A program made the translations under genes and the position numbers. From Leptospirales bacterium (lineage in GTDB: Bacteria; Spirochaetota; Leptospiria; Turneriellales; JAOUFE01), in assembly GCA_040326155.1 (NCBI GenBank), contig JBEQLE010000006.1, positions 36,569-90,335 of the forward strand: a stretch of 53,767 nt of DNA, read 5' to 3'. This document shows, piece by piece, positions 30,882-42,845 of this stretch. The notes below the pieces were generated by a model. That model was given only the letters and a program-made list of their open reading frames with translations, searched no databases and was not told the origin of the DNA. How positions within the stretch are numbered: position 1 is the first letter of the stretch; each line of letters begins with the position of its first letter.

Positions 30882-31925
30882 TTATCCGGTGCGTTTACGG
30901 TATATTCGAATAAAAACCAAATGCAACACAAAACACAACAATGTCCCTGCGACAGAACATAAAATAGCGATCGTCTCATTTTCAATACTTCGCGGCATGG
31001 CTGGCATTTGAAAATAATATTTCAACATATGATCACTCCAGTACCTGTAAAAAGTGGCGCCGAGGACAAAAAGGGCGACAACAAAACTATGCAGTATCCA
31101 AAAACTCAACGGATATGCGCCGGACCGGTTTATTTTTTTATATATACTATTTAAAAAAGAGTTCTGAGTAACCTCTTTTCGATCGCGAAAATAATGAAGT
31201 ATAACACCCAATATAGTAAACCAAAAACCCCAGCTGATATAAATATAAGACGGATGTATCGTACGGCGCGTAGGCATTTCATTAAAAAACAGGAAATGTA
31301 AAATCGCCAAAACAAAACTAATACCACCGAGTGTCATCATAAATTTAAAAAACTTCTTTTGGTCGATCGTGTAATAATGCCCTGCCATATAACCCCATAT
31401 GGAAGTAAGTAAAAAAGCCACCGATAAGAATCTGTAATCTCCCGTTGGGTTTTTATTAACTAGTCCATATGTAATAGATAAAACAATAAAAATATAAGGC
31501 CAATATTTCAGTTGTTTGCCAAACAGATAAATAAGCGTAGAGCTAAGTATTAAACTGATTCCAAGTATAACCAGAACCGAACGAAAAAACACGGTGTATT
31601 CATTTGCAAATAAGGAGATCGTATAAGAGACAAGTAACATTCCAATTCCAATAATTACAATGGCTCTTTTATTGGCATATTTGAGTAATTTTTTACCGGT
31701 AATATTCTTATATTTTTCGATGAGAGCCAGGTTAAAACCAATCATAATAAAAAAGAAAATCGCGATTAAATCGCCTGGCGCCATTATTTCACCATCGTGA
31801 CTGAAAAACCAACGTTGCCGTGACGAGGTCGCATAATACAAATTTACAAAGGCCATTAACAAAAGTACAAACCCACGAATGGTATCCAAAGTATAAATAC
31901 GCCTTGTTTTCAATTTTTTATTCAT
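30882..31925 (-). CDS. HGSNAT/DUF1624-like membrane acyltransferase
   Basis: RIYTLDTIRG..LLMAFVN, DLIAIFFF; multiple TM helices. Confidence 0.7.
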   Translation of the reverse strand: MNKKLKTRRIYTLDTIRGFVLLLMAFVNLYYATSSRQRWFFSHDGEIMAPGDLIAIFFFIMIGFNLALIEKYKNITGKKLLKYANKRAIVIIGIGMLLVSYTISLFANEYTVFFRSVLVILGISLILSSTLIYLFGKQLKYWPYIFIVLSITYGLVNKNPTGDYRFLSVAFLLTSIWGYMAGHYYTIDQKKFFKFMMTLGGISFVLAILHFLFFNEMPTRRTIHPSYIYISWGFWFTILGVILHYFRDRKEVTQNSFLNSIYKKINRSGAYPLSFWILHSFVVALFVLGATFYRYWSDHMLKYYFQMPAMPRSIENETIAILCSVAGTLLCFVLHLVFIRIYRKRTG

Positions 31926-32001
31926 TTGCTGCTTCTTCTCTTTATTGGTCAAAAATATTTTTAGATCAACACGGGAAATAAGAAATAAAATATGATATTT
32001 A

Positions 32002-32030
32002 TTGACATGGGGAGGAAATTTATGTACTGT
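32002..32030 (+). promoter_or_regulatory. Sigma70-type promoter of vapBC
   Basis: TTGACA-17 nt-TACTGT, 6 nt before the ATG. Confidence 0.65.
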
Positions 32031-32036
32031 GAGTGT

Positions 32037-32273
32037 ATGAAACGTACAAATCTTGTGTTAGATGAACATTTGCTCGACGAAGCCAAGACGATATCAACTC
32101 AAGCGACTTATTCAGCAGTCGTAAACGAAGCGCTCGATGAGTACTGTCGGTTGCGCCGAGTCAAAGATATCTATGCGTTACAAGGTTCCGGCATCTGGGA
32201 AGGCAACCTCAGCGAAATGCGCAGAGACTACGGCGCTCGCGACAAAGACGACACGAATAAAAAAAAACCATAA
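32037..32273 (+). CDS. vapB: VapB-family (RHH) antitoxin
   Basis: MKRTNLVLDEHLLDEA...VVNEAL...WEGNLSEMR. Confidence 0.88.
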   Translation: MKRTNLVLDEHLLDEAKTISTQATYSAVVNEALDEYCRLRRVKDIYALQGSGIWEGNLSEMRRDYGARDKDDTNKKKP

Positions 32274-32308
32274 CCAGGGTCTTCTACATACAAGGAAAAT
32301 AACGATCT

Positions 32309-32698
32309 ATGTATTTAATCGACTCATCTGTCTGGATAGAATTCTTCTCTAAAAAGTCTACCTTCAACCTGGAAACCACTGCTTCGCCACATGAAATCTT
32401 TATTATACAACCGATCTACCAGGAGGTTTTACAGGGAATAAAAGACGAGAAGGCTTTTCGCGCAGTGTCCCGATCCCTTTTATCGGCGAACTTCGTTGAA
32501 AATCCATTGACGTTTGATGTAACCGAAGAAGCCATTTCGATCTACCGCATAGCGCGAAAATCGGGAATCACCATTCGCTCCTCCGTAGATTGCCTTATAG
32601 CCGCCTGCGCCATCCGAAATAATCTGATTGTGTTGCACAAAGACCGCGACTTTACAAACATAGCTACGTTTACTGCCTTGAAAGCGCAAGCTATTTGA
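32309..32698 (+). CDS. vapC: VapC PIN-domain toxin
   Basis: LIDSSVWIEF, QEVLQG, DCLIAA, HKDRDF. Confidence 0.92.
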   Translation: MYLIDSSVWIEFFSKKSTFNLETTASPHEIFIIQPIYQEVLQGIKDEKAFRAVSRSLLSANFVENPLTFDVTEEAISIYRIARKSGITIRSSVDCLIAACAIRNNLIVLHKDRDFTNIATFTALKAQAI

Positions 32699-32712
32699 TT
32701 CTGAGTTGTTTA

Positions 32713-32734
32713 TTTTGGTCGGAAATTCCCCACC
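32713..32734 (+). repeat. 22-bp REP-like repeat TTTTGGTCGGAAATTCCCCACC
   Basis: Identical to 42760-42781. Confidence 0.8.
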
Positions 32735-32794
32735 AGTTTTTTTTGCCAGACAAAAATTGAGTTACGTTTGGTCACAAATGGCGATTGTATCCGA

Positions 32795-33523
32795 GTGAAT
32801 ATACTGCTTACAAATGACGATGGTATTGAATTCCCGGGAATTCACGCCTTACAAGATGAATTTGCTGATATGGGTAATCTCTTTACCTTTGCGCCTCGTA
32901 TGGAAAAAAGCGCGACCAGCCAGGCTATGACACTTTACGAAGATATCTATGTAAAACCGATTGATGATAAAACATTTATCGTGAACGGGTTTCCCGTGGA
33001 CTGTGTGAATATTGCTTTGCATGGAGACCTAGTCGATGTTAAGTTCGACCTGTTAATCAGTGGAATCAACAAAGGTGTAAATATGGGTGAAGATATTCTT
33101 TATTCGGGGACGGTCGGGGCAGCTCTTCATGGATTTATTCATGGCATACCATCTATTGCAATATCATCCGGTTATCTCGACAAAACCGGAGACTTTACCA
33201 AAATAGCTCGATTTCTAAGGCATTTTATTGAACAGAGTAAAGAACTTCTAAAAACACCGGTAGTTTGGAATATCAATTATCCATCTGAAATAAAAACAGG
33301 TGAAACGGTAAAATGGACTAAGTTAGGAACGCGAATCTACCGAGATAAGTATATAAGAACTCATGCTGAAGATGGAGCTTTTTTCTTCAATCTCGGTGGT
33401 TCTGAGTTAAACCATAAGGAGGCGGAAGGAACTGACTTTGATGCTTATTCAAAAGGGCATGTTTCAGTTACCCCGTTAACAACTGATGCAACAGACTACT
33501 CATACCGAAATAGATTTAAATAA
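32795..33523 (+). CDS. surE: 5'/3'-nucleotidase SurE
   Basis: ILLTNDDG, SGINKGVN, YSGTVGAA, VSVTPL. Confidence 0.95.
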   Translation: MNILLTNDDGIEFPGIHALQDEFADMGNLFTFAPRMEKSATSQAMTLYEDIYVKPIDDKTFIVNGFPVDCVNIALHGDLVDVKFDLLISGINKGVNMGEDILYSGTVGAALHGFIHGIPSIAISSGYLDKTGDFTKIARFLRHFIEQSKELLKTPVVWNINYPSEIKTGETVKWTKLGTRIYRDKYIRTHAEDGAFFFNLGGSELNHKEAEGTDFDAYSKGHVSVTPLTTDATDYSYRNRFK

Positions 33524-34307
33524 GAAAGATAACGAATGGCTTGAAGAATTCTTAAATACCAATGACGTCACCGAACTGATGAATTCCCCTGAGCAAAGTC
33601 CAAACCAGGGTGGAAAAGGCTCCGGAATAGTTCAGATTGAGAATTTTAACCAGATTAAGAAAAAAGCGATTCGTCTTTATGAAGGAAACCGCTTTAAAGA
33701 AGCAACGCAGGCTATTGAAGACGCAATTCGGCTTCTACCGGGCGACCTGGAGCTGAATTTTTTTCATGCTCAGTGTCTTTGCCGTTTAGGGAATTTCGAC
33801 CAGGCAACCAAAATTCTGGAAAATCTTATTAACATTGATGAGGATAAAAGTTTTACCCACCTGCCCCGCTTGCTTGTATACTTATTGCTTGTTCGTGAAA
33901 AATATATCGAAGCGGAAAAGTGGGTTCATAACCTGTTGGCGCAATATGGAAATGATATGCAACTTCGCAGCATGTTAGGTTTCGTAAAAGAAAAACAAGA
34001 CAAGCTAGATGAAGCCCAGACAATTTTTACAAAAATACTCGAAGAAGACGCTGACAATGCAAACGCTTGCAACTCCCTGGCTTATATTTATTATCGTAAA
34101 AAAATCAATATGCAGCTTGCAGTAGAGTTGACCACCAGAGCTCTAAACTCAGAAGCAAGAAACCCGGCGTTTCTAGATACCTATGGCGTAGTGCAACATT
34201 GGGCAAAAAATACAACCATTGCAAAAGAAGCTTTACAAGAGGCTCTTAAAATAGCCCCAAAGAATGGAATTATTTTAGCGCATATCGGTGAATTTCTGGA
34301 AACGTAA
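33486..34307 (+). CDS. Tetratricopeptide repeat protein
   Basis: TPR pattern; NSLAY...NPAFLDTYG. Confidence 0.85.
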   Translation: MQQTTHTEIDLNKKDNEWLEEFLNTNDVTELMNSPEQSPNQGGKGSGIVQIENFNQIKKKAIRLYEGNRFKEATQAIEDAIRLLPGDLELNFFHAQCLCRLGNFDQATKILENLINIDEDKSFTHLPRLLVYLLLVREKYIEAEKWVHNLLAQYGNDMQLRSMLGFVKEKQDKLDEAQTIFTKILEEDADNANACNSLAYIYYRKKINMQLAVELTTRALNSEARNPAFLDTYGVVQHWAKNTTIAKEALQEALKIAPKNGIILAHIGEFLET

Positions 34308-35143
34308 TGCAGTTTGTCGACGTAGTTATACCGACATACGAGAGATACGATTTAACATATGAGGCCGTAAAGTCGGTATTAGATCAAACTTACAAACACC
34401 TGCAAATCTACATTATCGAAGACGGCTCAAATGTCTGTTGCGAACTCAAAAAAGAGTTTCAACAAGATGAAAGAATTCATTATTTCGCTCTCGGTAGAAA
34501 CCGGGGAACTTCTTATGCTCGCAACTTTGGAGCCAAAAAAGGTAAAAACCCATTGCTCGCTTTTTTAGATTCTGACGATCTATGGCTACCCGATAAACTC
34601 GAAAAACAAATTCAATATTTTAAAGATAACCCCGAATATAAGTGGCTACATACAAATGAAGCCTGGTTTCGAAATGGAGCTCCGGTAAAGCAAAAATCCA
34701 TGCATAGAAAACAAGGAGGAAAGTTCCTTGAAAAATTATTTCAACGCTGTATAATCTCTGCATCTTCGGTATTGTTTCGAAGAGAGTTTTTTGAAACTTC
34801 CGGATATTTTTTACCGCATTTACGAATTGGGGAAGATTACGAGTTATGGCTTCGCTTAAATTACCTGGAACCAGTTGGTTTTCTAGAAGAGAATTTAACC
34901 ATCAAAAGAGCCGGAGAGTGGGACCAATTAAGCGCAATAACTGAAATCGACCGGTACAGAGTATTAGCTCTTCATCGCTTTTACAAAAAACATGAAAACG
35001 AAAAAGGGTTTTTACCCTTTAAAGAAAGTTGCCGAAATGAAATTATACACAAAATTGAGATTCTTTTAAAAGGCGCTAACAAACATAACAATACTTCCAG
35101 AATAAAACAGTATCAAGACTGGCTACGCCTTTTTGCGATCTGA
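34307..35143 (+). CDS. Glycosyltransferase family 2
   Basis: VVIPTY, EDGS, ARNFG, FLDSDDLW, EDYELWLR. Confidence 0.92.
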   Translation: MQFVDVVIPTYERYDLTYEAVKSVLDQTYKHLQIYIIEDGSNVCCELKKEFQQDERIHYFALGRNRGTSYARNFGAKKGKNPLLAFLDSDDLWLPDKLEKQIQYFKDNPEYKWLHTNEAWFRNGAPVKQKSMHRKQGGKFLEKLFQRCIISASSVLFRREFFETSGYFLPHLRIGEDYELWLRLNYLEPVGFLEENLTIKRAGEWDQLSAITEIDRYRVLALHRFYKKHENEKGFLPFKESCRNEIIHKIEILLKGANKHNNTSRIKQYQDWLRLFAI

Positions 35144-36456
35144 CGAATTCTCAATACCCTTTCCATTTCATCGGGAACACGCAAATATTCTCTGGAATAA
35201 TGGTGGATATATTCGACATACATTTCTAGCTCTTTTTGCGGAACTCTGGCTTCCACTTTTTCTTCGGCCAGTAAAACAATCTTATAAGCTGACCTTGTAT
35301 CTAAACTGTTCAGTTCATGCGCCAATTCAAAATGGTACATTGCTGTTTTAAAATAAGCGTCATCCCAGCTTTTTCGAGGGTCTTCGTAGGGAACTTTTCG
35401 ATATGGTAAAACAAGTTCAGTTAATAGAATTGCTCTTTCTTCTCTGCTCAACCACTCGAGAACCGTAGTATAACTGTATTTTACTTTTTGATTACCATTT
35501 AAAATATGATAAATATTTTCAAGCAAAGCGCCATATTGATATTGAAACTCCGGGTGAGGAATTCCTTTTTGTTCTAACATGCGTAAAACCGGGACCGAAA
35601 GATAAGACTTTATCCAGACAATCTGTTTTTTGTATTTCCGAACTTCATTCAACATTTTCAGGTATTTACGCAATCGATATGAGTTCACCTCGCCCTGAAT
35701 TTCACCGCCGGAAATTTTCCTTTCTACATCTTGCATTATAGCGGGAATATAAAGCCCCGGCAATTCCAGATAGGCATTCGGGTCTACAATTTTACTATTT
35801 AAGTCCCAGGCTTGTTTAATATAGACAAACGCTTTTCTATCCATACCCTGAACATGCATCAATTTTGACAATTTGATATAAGACTCGGGACGATTCGAAT
35901 CAAGGTCGAGACTTTGTTTATACCAGTAATACGCTTTTGAATAATCTTTTAAACTAAAATAACGATCGCCTTTACTTGAGTACTCCATGGCAAGCGCACG
36001 CTGGGTACCGAAATCAAGCCGAGCGATAAAATGCCCTTTTTTGACCATCGATAGATTCCCGCTGGCCTTTAGCATCCAACCTTGGAACTCTGTTTGAAAA
36101 ACCGAAACGATCACACCTCGACCTACAATTAGTCCATTTTTATATCGCGTATGGTCAGGATCTTTCTGTATTACAAATACTTCGTCTCCGATTCTAACAC
36201 CGGAATGCTCATACAGCTGGGCACTTAAGATCATCTCTCTGGTATCGTAGTCCAATACCTTACGACGACTTTTAGCTGCAACCTCATGTCCTTTCGAAGT
36301 TACAACGCCAATCAGCTCCATTTTCTTCATGCGGGTGGAGCCGTAATCTTCAAAAGCGTGAAGCGCGTATGTTACACTAAAAGCATTATCGCTCAAAGCA
36401 AATAAAGTAGAAAATATAAATGTCGTAAATACAATTCGTTTTATCATCCTTCTCAT
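35113..36456 (-). CDS. Exported TPR-containing hypothetical protein (start uncertain)
   Basis: Signal-peptide-like N-terminus, central TPR-like helices. Confidence 0.65.
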   Translation of the reverse strand: MRRMIKRIVFTTFIFSTLFALSDNAFSVTYALHAFEDYGSTRMKKMELIGVVTSKGHEVAAKSRRKVLDYDTREMILSAQLYEHSGVRIGDEVFVIQKDPDHTRYKNGLIVGRGVIVSVFQTEFQGWMLKASGNLSMVKKGHFIARLDFGTQRALAMEYSSKGDRYFSLKDYSKAYYWYKQSLDLDSNRPESYIKLSKLMHVQGMDRKAFVYIKQAWDLNSKIVDPNAYLELPGLYIPAIMQDVERKISGGEIQGEVNSYRLRKYLKMLNEVRKYKKQIVWIKSYLSVPVLRMLEQKGIPHPEFQYQYGALLENIYHILNGNQKVKYSYTTVLEWLSREERAILLTELVLPYRKVPYEDPRKSWDDAYFKTAMYHFELAHELNSLDTRSAYKIVLLAEEKVEARVPQKELEMYVEYIHHYSREYLRVPDEMERVLRIRQIAKRRSQS

Positions 36457-36567
36457 TATCGGAAGATTTACAATGTTTTCAAGTTCAAAATTTTCTACAT
36501 AGTCTGTATAATTTGCATAATCCACCCAATCAGCATAGATTCTACACCGATTGGGCTTTCAATTCAA

Positions 36568-38514
36568 TCAACAGTCCACTTCGAGGCGATTTTTCAAAAG
36601 GTCGTCTAAGACCCCCGGGTCTGCTAGAGTACTGGTATCGCCGACATGTTCGAGGTCGTTCGCGGCTATTTTACGCAAAATTCTTCGCATTATTTTACCA
36701 GACCTTGTTTTTGGTAAACCCGGCGCCCATTGAATTAAATCTGGGTTTGCTATTGGACCGATCTCCGAACGAACCATATTCACCAGGGCTTTTTTTAATT
36801 CATCGCTTGGTTCACTTCCCTTAATGAGTGTAACATAAGCATAAATGCCCTGCCCTTTTACAGGATGGGGAAAACCTACGACCGCCGCTTCAGCGACTTC
36901 TTCGTGTAAAACCAGAGCGCTTTCAATTTCAGCTGTTCCAAGTCGGTGACCTGAAACGTTAATTACATCGTCCACTCGACCGGTTATCCAATAATCGCCG
37001 TCTTCGTCTCTTCTGGCTCCGTCTCCCGTACAATAATAACCCGGAAATTGTGAAAAATATGTTTCAATAAACCTTTTATGATCGCCATAGAGTGTTCTCA
37101 TCTGTCCCGGCCACGATCGTTTAATTACCAAAGCGCCTTCGGCAGCTCCACTTTTCTCTTTACCTTGTTCATCCATAATTGCGGGTTCTATGCCAAAAAA
37201 CGGTTTGGTCGCCGAGCCAGGTTTTGTATCTACCGCTCCGGGTAGCGGTGTAATCATGTGACCTCCGGTTTCTGTCTGCCACCATGTATCGACAATGGGA
37301 GCGCGAGTTTCACCGACAACATTGTAATACCACTCCCATGCTTCCGGGTTAATTGGTTCGCCGACAGTTCCTAGAATTCGAAGACTTGACCGCGAGGTTT
37401 TTTTCACAGGCGCATCACCGTCTCTCATTAAAGCTCGTATAGCTGTTGGAGCAGTGTAAAAAATATTAACTTTATGTTTATCGCATACCTGCCAGAAACG
37501 AGAAGCGTCTGGATAGGTAGGCACACCTTCAAAAATAAGACTGGTGCCTCCGTTAGCCAGAGGACCGTATACAATATAACTATGCCCGGTTATCCAACCT
37601 ACATCTGCGGTACACCAGTAGATTTCTCCTTCCTGGTAATCGAAAGTATATTTATGCGTTACGGCTGCGTATAGTAAATACCCGGCCGTCGTGTGTAAAA
37701 CCCCTTTTGGTTTGCCGGTTGAGCCGCTGGTATACAAAATAAACAACGGATCCTCTGCGTCCATACTTTCAGGTGCACACTCCATTGCGGCGTGGTCTGT
37801 TTCATCACGATACCAGAGATCGCGCCCCTCTTTCCAGGTTATTTCCCCACCTGTACGCTTTAAGACAATCGCATGTTTTACATTCGGACAGTGTTCCAGC
37901 GCTTTATCAACATTATTTTTCAGAGGAATCGCCTTTGAACCGCGCAACCCTTCGTCAGCTGTAATGACAATAGTACAATTCGAATCTAAAATTCTGTCTT
38001 TTAAAGATTCAGGAGAGAAACCGCCAAAAACTACAGAATGTATGGCGCCAATTCGTGCACAAGCCAGCATTGCATAAACAGCTTCGGGAACCATTGGCAT
38101 ATAAATGCAAACCCGGTCGCCTTTTTTTACACCCCGGTTTTTTAAGACATTCGATAACCTGCAAACTTCTTCATGCAGTTGTTTATAAGTAATTTTACTG
38201 TCAACTTCAGGGTCATCACCTTCCCAGATAAGAGCGACCTGGTCGCCTCGTTTTTCAAGATGACGGTCGATGCAATTTACAGTTACATTAAGTTTTGCCC
38301 CTTCAAACCATTCCACCTTTACATCATTTTTGAAATCCCAGTTCAGGACGTTGTCCCACTTTTTTTCAAAAGTTAAAAATTCTTCGGCAATATCACCCCA
38401 GAACTTTTCGGGACTCTCCATAGATTGCTTATACATTTCGTTGTAATTATCTTTGTTTATATGTGCGTTTTTAGCTATTTTTTCATCTACTTTATATACT
38501 TTCACTTCATGCAT
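36568..38514 (-). CDS. acs: Acetyl-CoA synthetase
   Basis: [42 protein letters not shown]. Confidence 0.97.
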   Translation of the reverse strand: MHEVKVYKVDEKIAKNAHINKDNYNEMYKQSMESPEKFWGDIAEEFLTFEKKWDNVLNWDFKNDVKVEWFEGAKLNVTVNCIDRHLEKRGDQVALIWEGDDPEVDSKITYKQLHEEVCRLSNVLKNRGVKKGDRVCIYMPMVPEAVYAMLACARIGAIHSVVFGGFSPESLKDRILDSNCTIVITADEGLRGSKAIPLKNNVDKALEHCPNVKHAIVLKRTGGEITWKEGRDLWYRDETDHAAMECAPESMDAEDPLFILYTSGSTGKPKGVLHTTAGYLLYAAVTHKYTFDYQEGEIYWCTADVGWITGHSYIVYGPLANGGTSLIFEGVPTYPDASRFWQVCDKHKVNIFYTAPTAIRALMRDGDAPVKKTSRSSLRILGTVGEPINPEAWEWYYNVVGETRAPIVDTWWQTETGGHMITPLPGAVDTKPGSATKPFFGIEPAIMDEQGKEKSGAAEGALVIKRSWPGQMRTLYGDHKRFIETYFSQFPGYYCTGDGARRDEDGDYWITGRVDDVINVSGHRLGTAEIESALVLHEEVAEAAVVGFPHPVKGQGIYAYVTLIKGSEPSDELKKALVNMVRSEIGPIANPDLIQWAPGLPKTRSGKIMRRILRKIAANDLEHVGDTSTLADPGVLDDLLKNRLEVDC

Positions 38515-38688
38515 TTTCATCACCTCTACATTAATCAAGTTTGACCCAAAATTGTTCTTTTTTTATTAACGTCAAGGATATTCGGGTTTTCATGAAATAA
38601 TGTAGATTTTGATACTGCCCAAAGTCGAATATTATTGGAAAAAAATTTTACTTTACACTTATGAAACTTTTTAATTAATTTATTCTTC

Positions 38689-38718
38689 TTGACAGTATGT
38701 CGTCTTTGCGTGTATAGT
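38689..38718 (+). promoter_or_regulatory. Putative sigma70 promoter for the RRM-DEAD operon
   Basis: TTGACA-18 nt-TATAGT about 130 nt upstream of the ATG. Confidence 0.5.
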
Positions 38719-38849
38719 CCGAAAGTAAATGAAATTGGCTTGTTTAGAATATTTTTCTGCTTGGTAAACTGTTGTCTTAGTTAATCGTCACGTTTTTTAT
38801 TCCTCTCAAAATAAGTTCATCGAACAATTAAAACAACAAGGAGCATTTT

Positions 38850-39128
38850 ATGCAACTATACGTAGGAAACCTGGATTACGGGACTACCGAACAAAGTTTA
38901 ACAGACCTCTTCGGCCAATATGGAGAAGTGGTTAGCGCAAAGATTATTATGGACCGTGATACTGGCCGATCAAAAGGTTTTGGTTTTGTTGAAATGGGCG
39001 CCAAAAACGATGCCATTAAAGCAATATCAGATCTTAATGGTCAAGAAGTCAGCGGACGTAACATCAAAGTCAACGAAGCACAGCAGAAACCTGCTGGTGG
39101 CGGCGGCGGTGGTCGCGACAGATGGTAA
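38850..39128 (+). CDS. RRM RNA-binding protein
   Basis: LYVGNL (RNP2), KGFGFVEM (RNP1), Gly-rich tail; AAGGAG RBS. Confidence 0.95.
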   Translation: MQLYVGNLDYGTTEQSLTDLFGQYGEVVSAKIIMDRDTGRSKGFGFVEMGAKNDAIKAISDLNGQEVSGRNIKVNEAQQKPAGGGGGGRDRW

Positions 39129-39129
39129 A

Positions 39130-40245
39130 ATGGGTTTTAACTCATTAAACCTGCATTCTAAACTGGCCGCCCGAGCGGAAACGCTCGGGTTCAAGGCCCC
39201 TACTCCCATTCAATTGGCTGCCATTCCGGTGGCTCTTAAAAAAACTGATATCATTGGCCTGGCTCAGACTGGAACGGGCAAAACGGCAGCTTTCATACTG
39301 CCAATTTTGCAGAACATTATTACCTCACCACGAAAACCCGGCATCAAAGCGCTGATTATTGCACCCACGCGAGAACTCGCGGAGCAGATTAACGAAGTCG
39401 CTATTTCTTTTGGTGGTGAGTTAAAAGTACGTAGTGTTTCCATTTTTGGCGGAGTAAATATTAACACCCAGGTCAAAGAACTTAGACGCGGTGTTGATAT
39501 TGTTGTTGCCTGCCCTGGCCGTTTGCTCGACCACATAAATCGCAAAACGATCAACCTTTCTACCGTTGAAACGCTTGTACTTGATGAAGCTGACCAGATG
39601 TTAGACATGGGGTTTTTTCCGGATATCAAAAAAATTACAGGGAAATTGCCGCGACAAAGACAAACACTTTTGTTTTCTGCGACAATGCCTTCTGCAATTG
39701 AAAAACTGACCCAGAGTATACAACAGAATCCGGTTAAAATTCAGGTAGATCGTCGCGAACCGACAACCCAGGTGGAACACTCCATGTATCCTGTGCAACA
39801 GCATCGTAAAAAAGATTTGCTGCAATATGTTATTAAGAAAGAAAACTCTTTTTCAACCCTGGTTTTTACTCGTACAAAACATCGAGCCAAACAATTGGCT
39901 CAAAAACTGAGTAAAACCGGCCACAAAGCGACTTCTTTGCACGGAAATCTTTCTATTAGTCAAAGACGCCACGCTGTAGAGGGCTTTAAAAAAGGTAAAT
40001 ACCATATTCTGGTTGCCACTGATATAGCTGCGCGAGGTATAGATATTTCGGGTATATCACACGTCATTAATTATGACGTCCCTGTAACTCCAGAAACATA
40101 CATTCACCGTATTGGACGAACTGGCCGCGCCGCAGAAACCGGCGTTGCGTACACTTTCGCCAGCAATGAAGAGATGGGCGCAGTAAGCCAGATAGAAAAA
40201 ATACTTAAAAGTAAATTACCTGTCAATAAACACAGCTTTCGCTGA
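39130..40245 (+). CDS. DEAD-box RNA helicase (RhlE-like core)
   Basis: Q motif, AQTGTGKT, PTRELA, DEAD, SAT, HRIGRTGR. Confidence 0.95.
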   Translation: MGFNSLNLHSKLAARAETLGFKAPTPIQLAAIPVALKKTDIIGLAQTGTGKTAAFILPILQNIITSPRKPGIKALIIAPTRELAEQINEVAISFGGELKVRSVSIFGGVNINTQVKELRRGVDIVVACPGRLLDHINRKTINLSTVETLVLDEADQMLDMGFFPDIKKITGKLPRQRQTLLFSATMPSAIEKLTQSIQQNPVKIQVDRREPTTQVEHSMYPVQQHRKKDLLQYVIKKENSFSTLVFTRTKHRAKQLAQKLSKTGHKATSLHGNLSISQRRHAVEGFKKGKYHILVATDIAARGIDISGISHVINYDVPVTPETYIHRIGRTGRAAETGVAYTFASNEEMGAVSQIEKILKSKLPVNKHSFR

Positions 40246-40253
40246 TGCAGCTT

Positions 40254-40270
40254 TTCCTGCCTTCCTTATA
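40254..40270. repeat. Solo outer arm TTCCTGCCTTCCTTATA of the repeat family
   Basis: Matches 18828-18843 and 10345-10359. Confidence 0.7.
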
Positions 40271-40413
40271 AAACTTGTTTTAAAAAAAATCTACATTAAA
40301 AACGAGGGTAAAACCGTTTACAATGACGCTATCATATTTGATATGGATTCTCGAATTTTAGATGAGCAGGTTGCTTTGAATAATCGATAAACGGTCGACT
40401 TTTAGAGGGTTGA

Positions 40414-42678
<2,265 letters not shown>

Positions 42679-42709
42679 TTAACAGAGCTCTATAGAATTC
42701 GATCTATGT

Positions 42710-42736
42710 AAAAGCCCGGTTTATCCGGGCTTTTTT
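42710..42736 (+). terminator. Rho-independent terminator (probably bidirectional)
   Basis: AAAAGCCCGG-TTTAT-CCGGGCTTTTTT. Confidence 0.85.
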
Positions 42737-42759
42737 AGTTTTTGGGGCGTTACAGTCCG

Positions 42760-42806
42760 TTTTGGTCGGAAATTCCCCACCTACAAAATTCCATTTCAAC
42801 CGCAAT
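42760..42806 (+). repeat. REP-like repeat (22 bp identical to 32713-32734, followed by TAC...CAACCGCAAT)
   Basis: Reverse strand reads GTAGGTGGGGAATTTCCGACC; the CAACCGCAAT end is shared with 28075-28084. Confidence 0.7.
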
Positions 42807-42845
42807 CGAATAGATGGATTTTAAGTTTAAAAATGATCGTTTACA

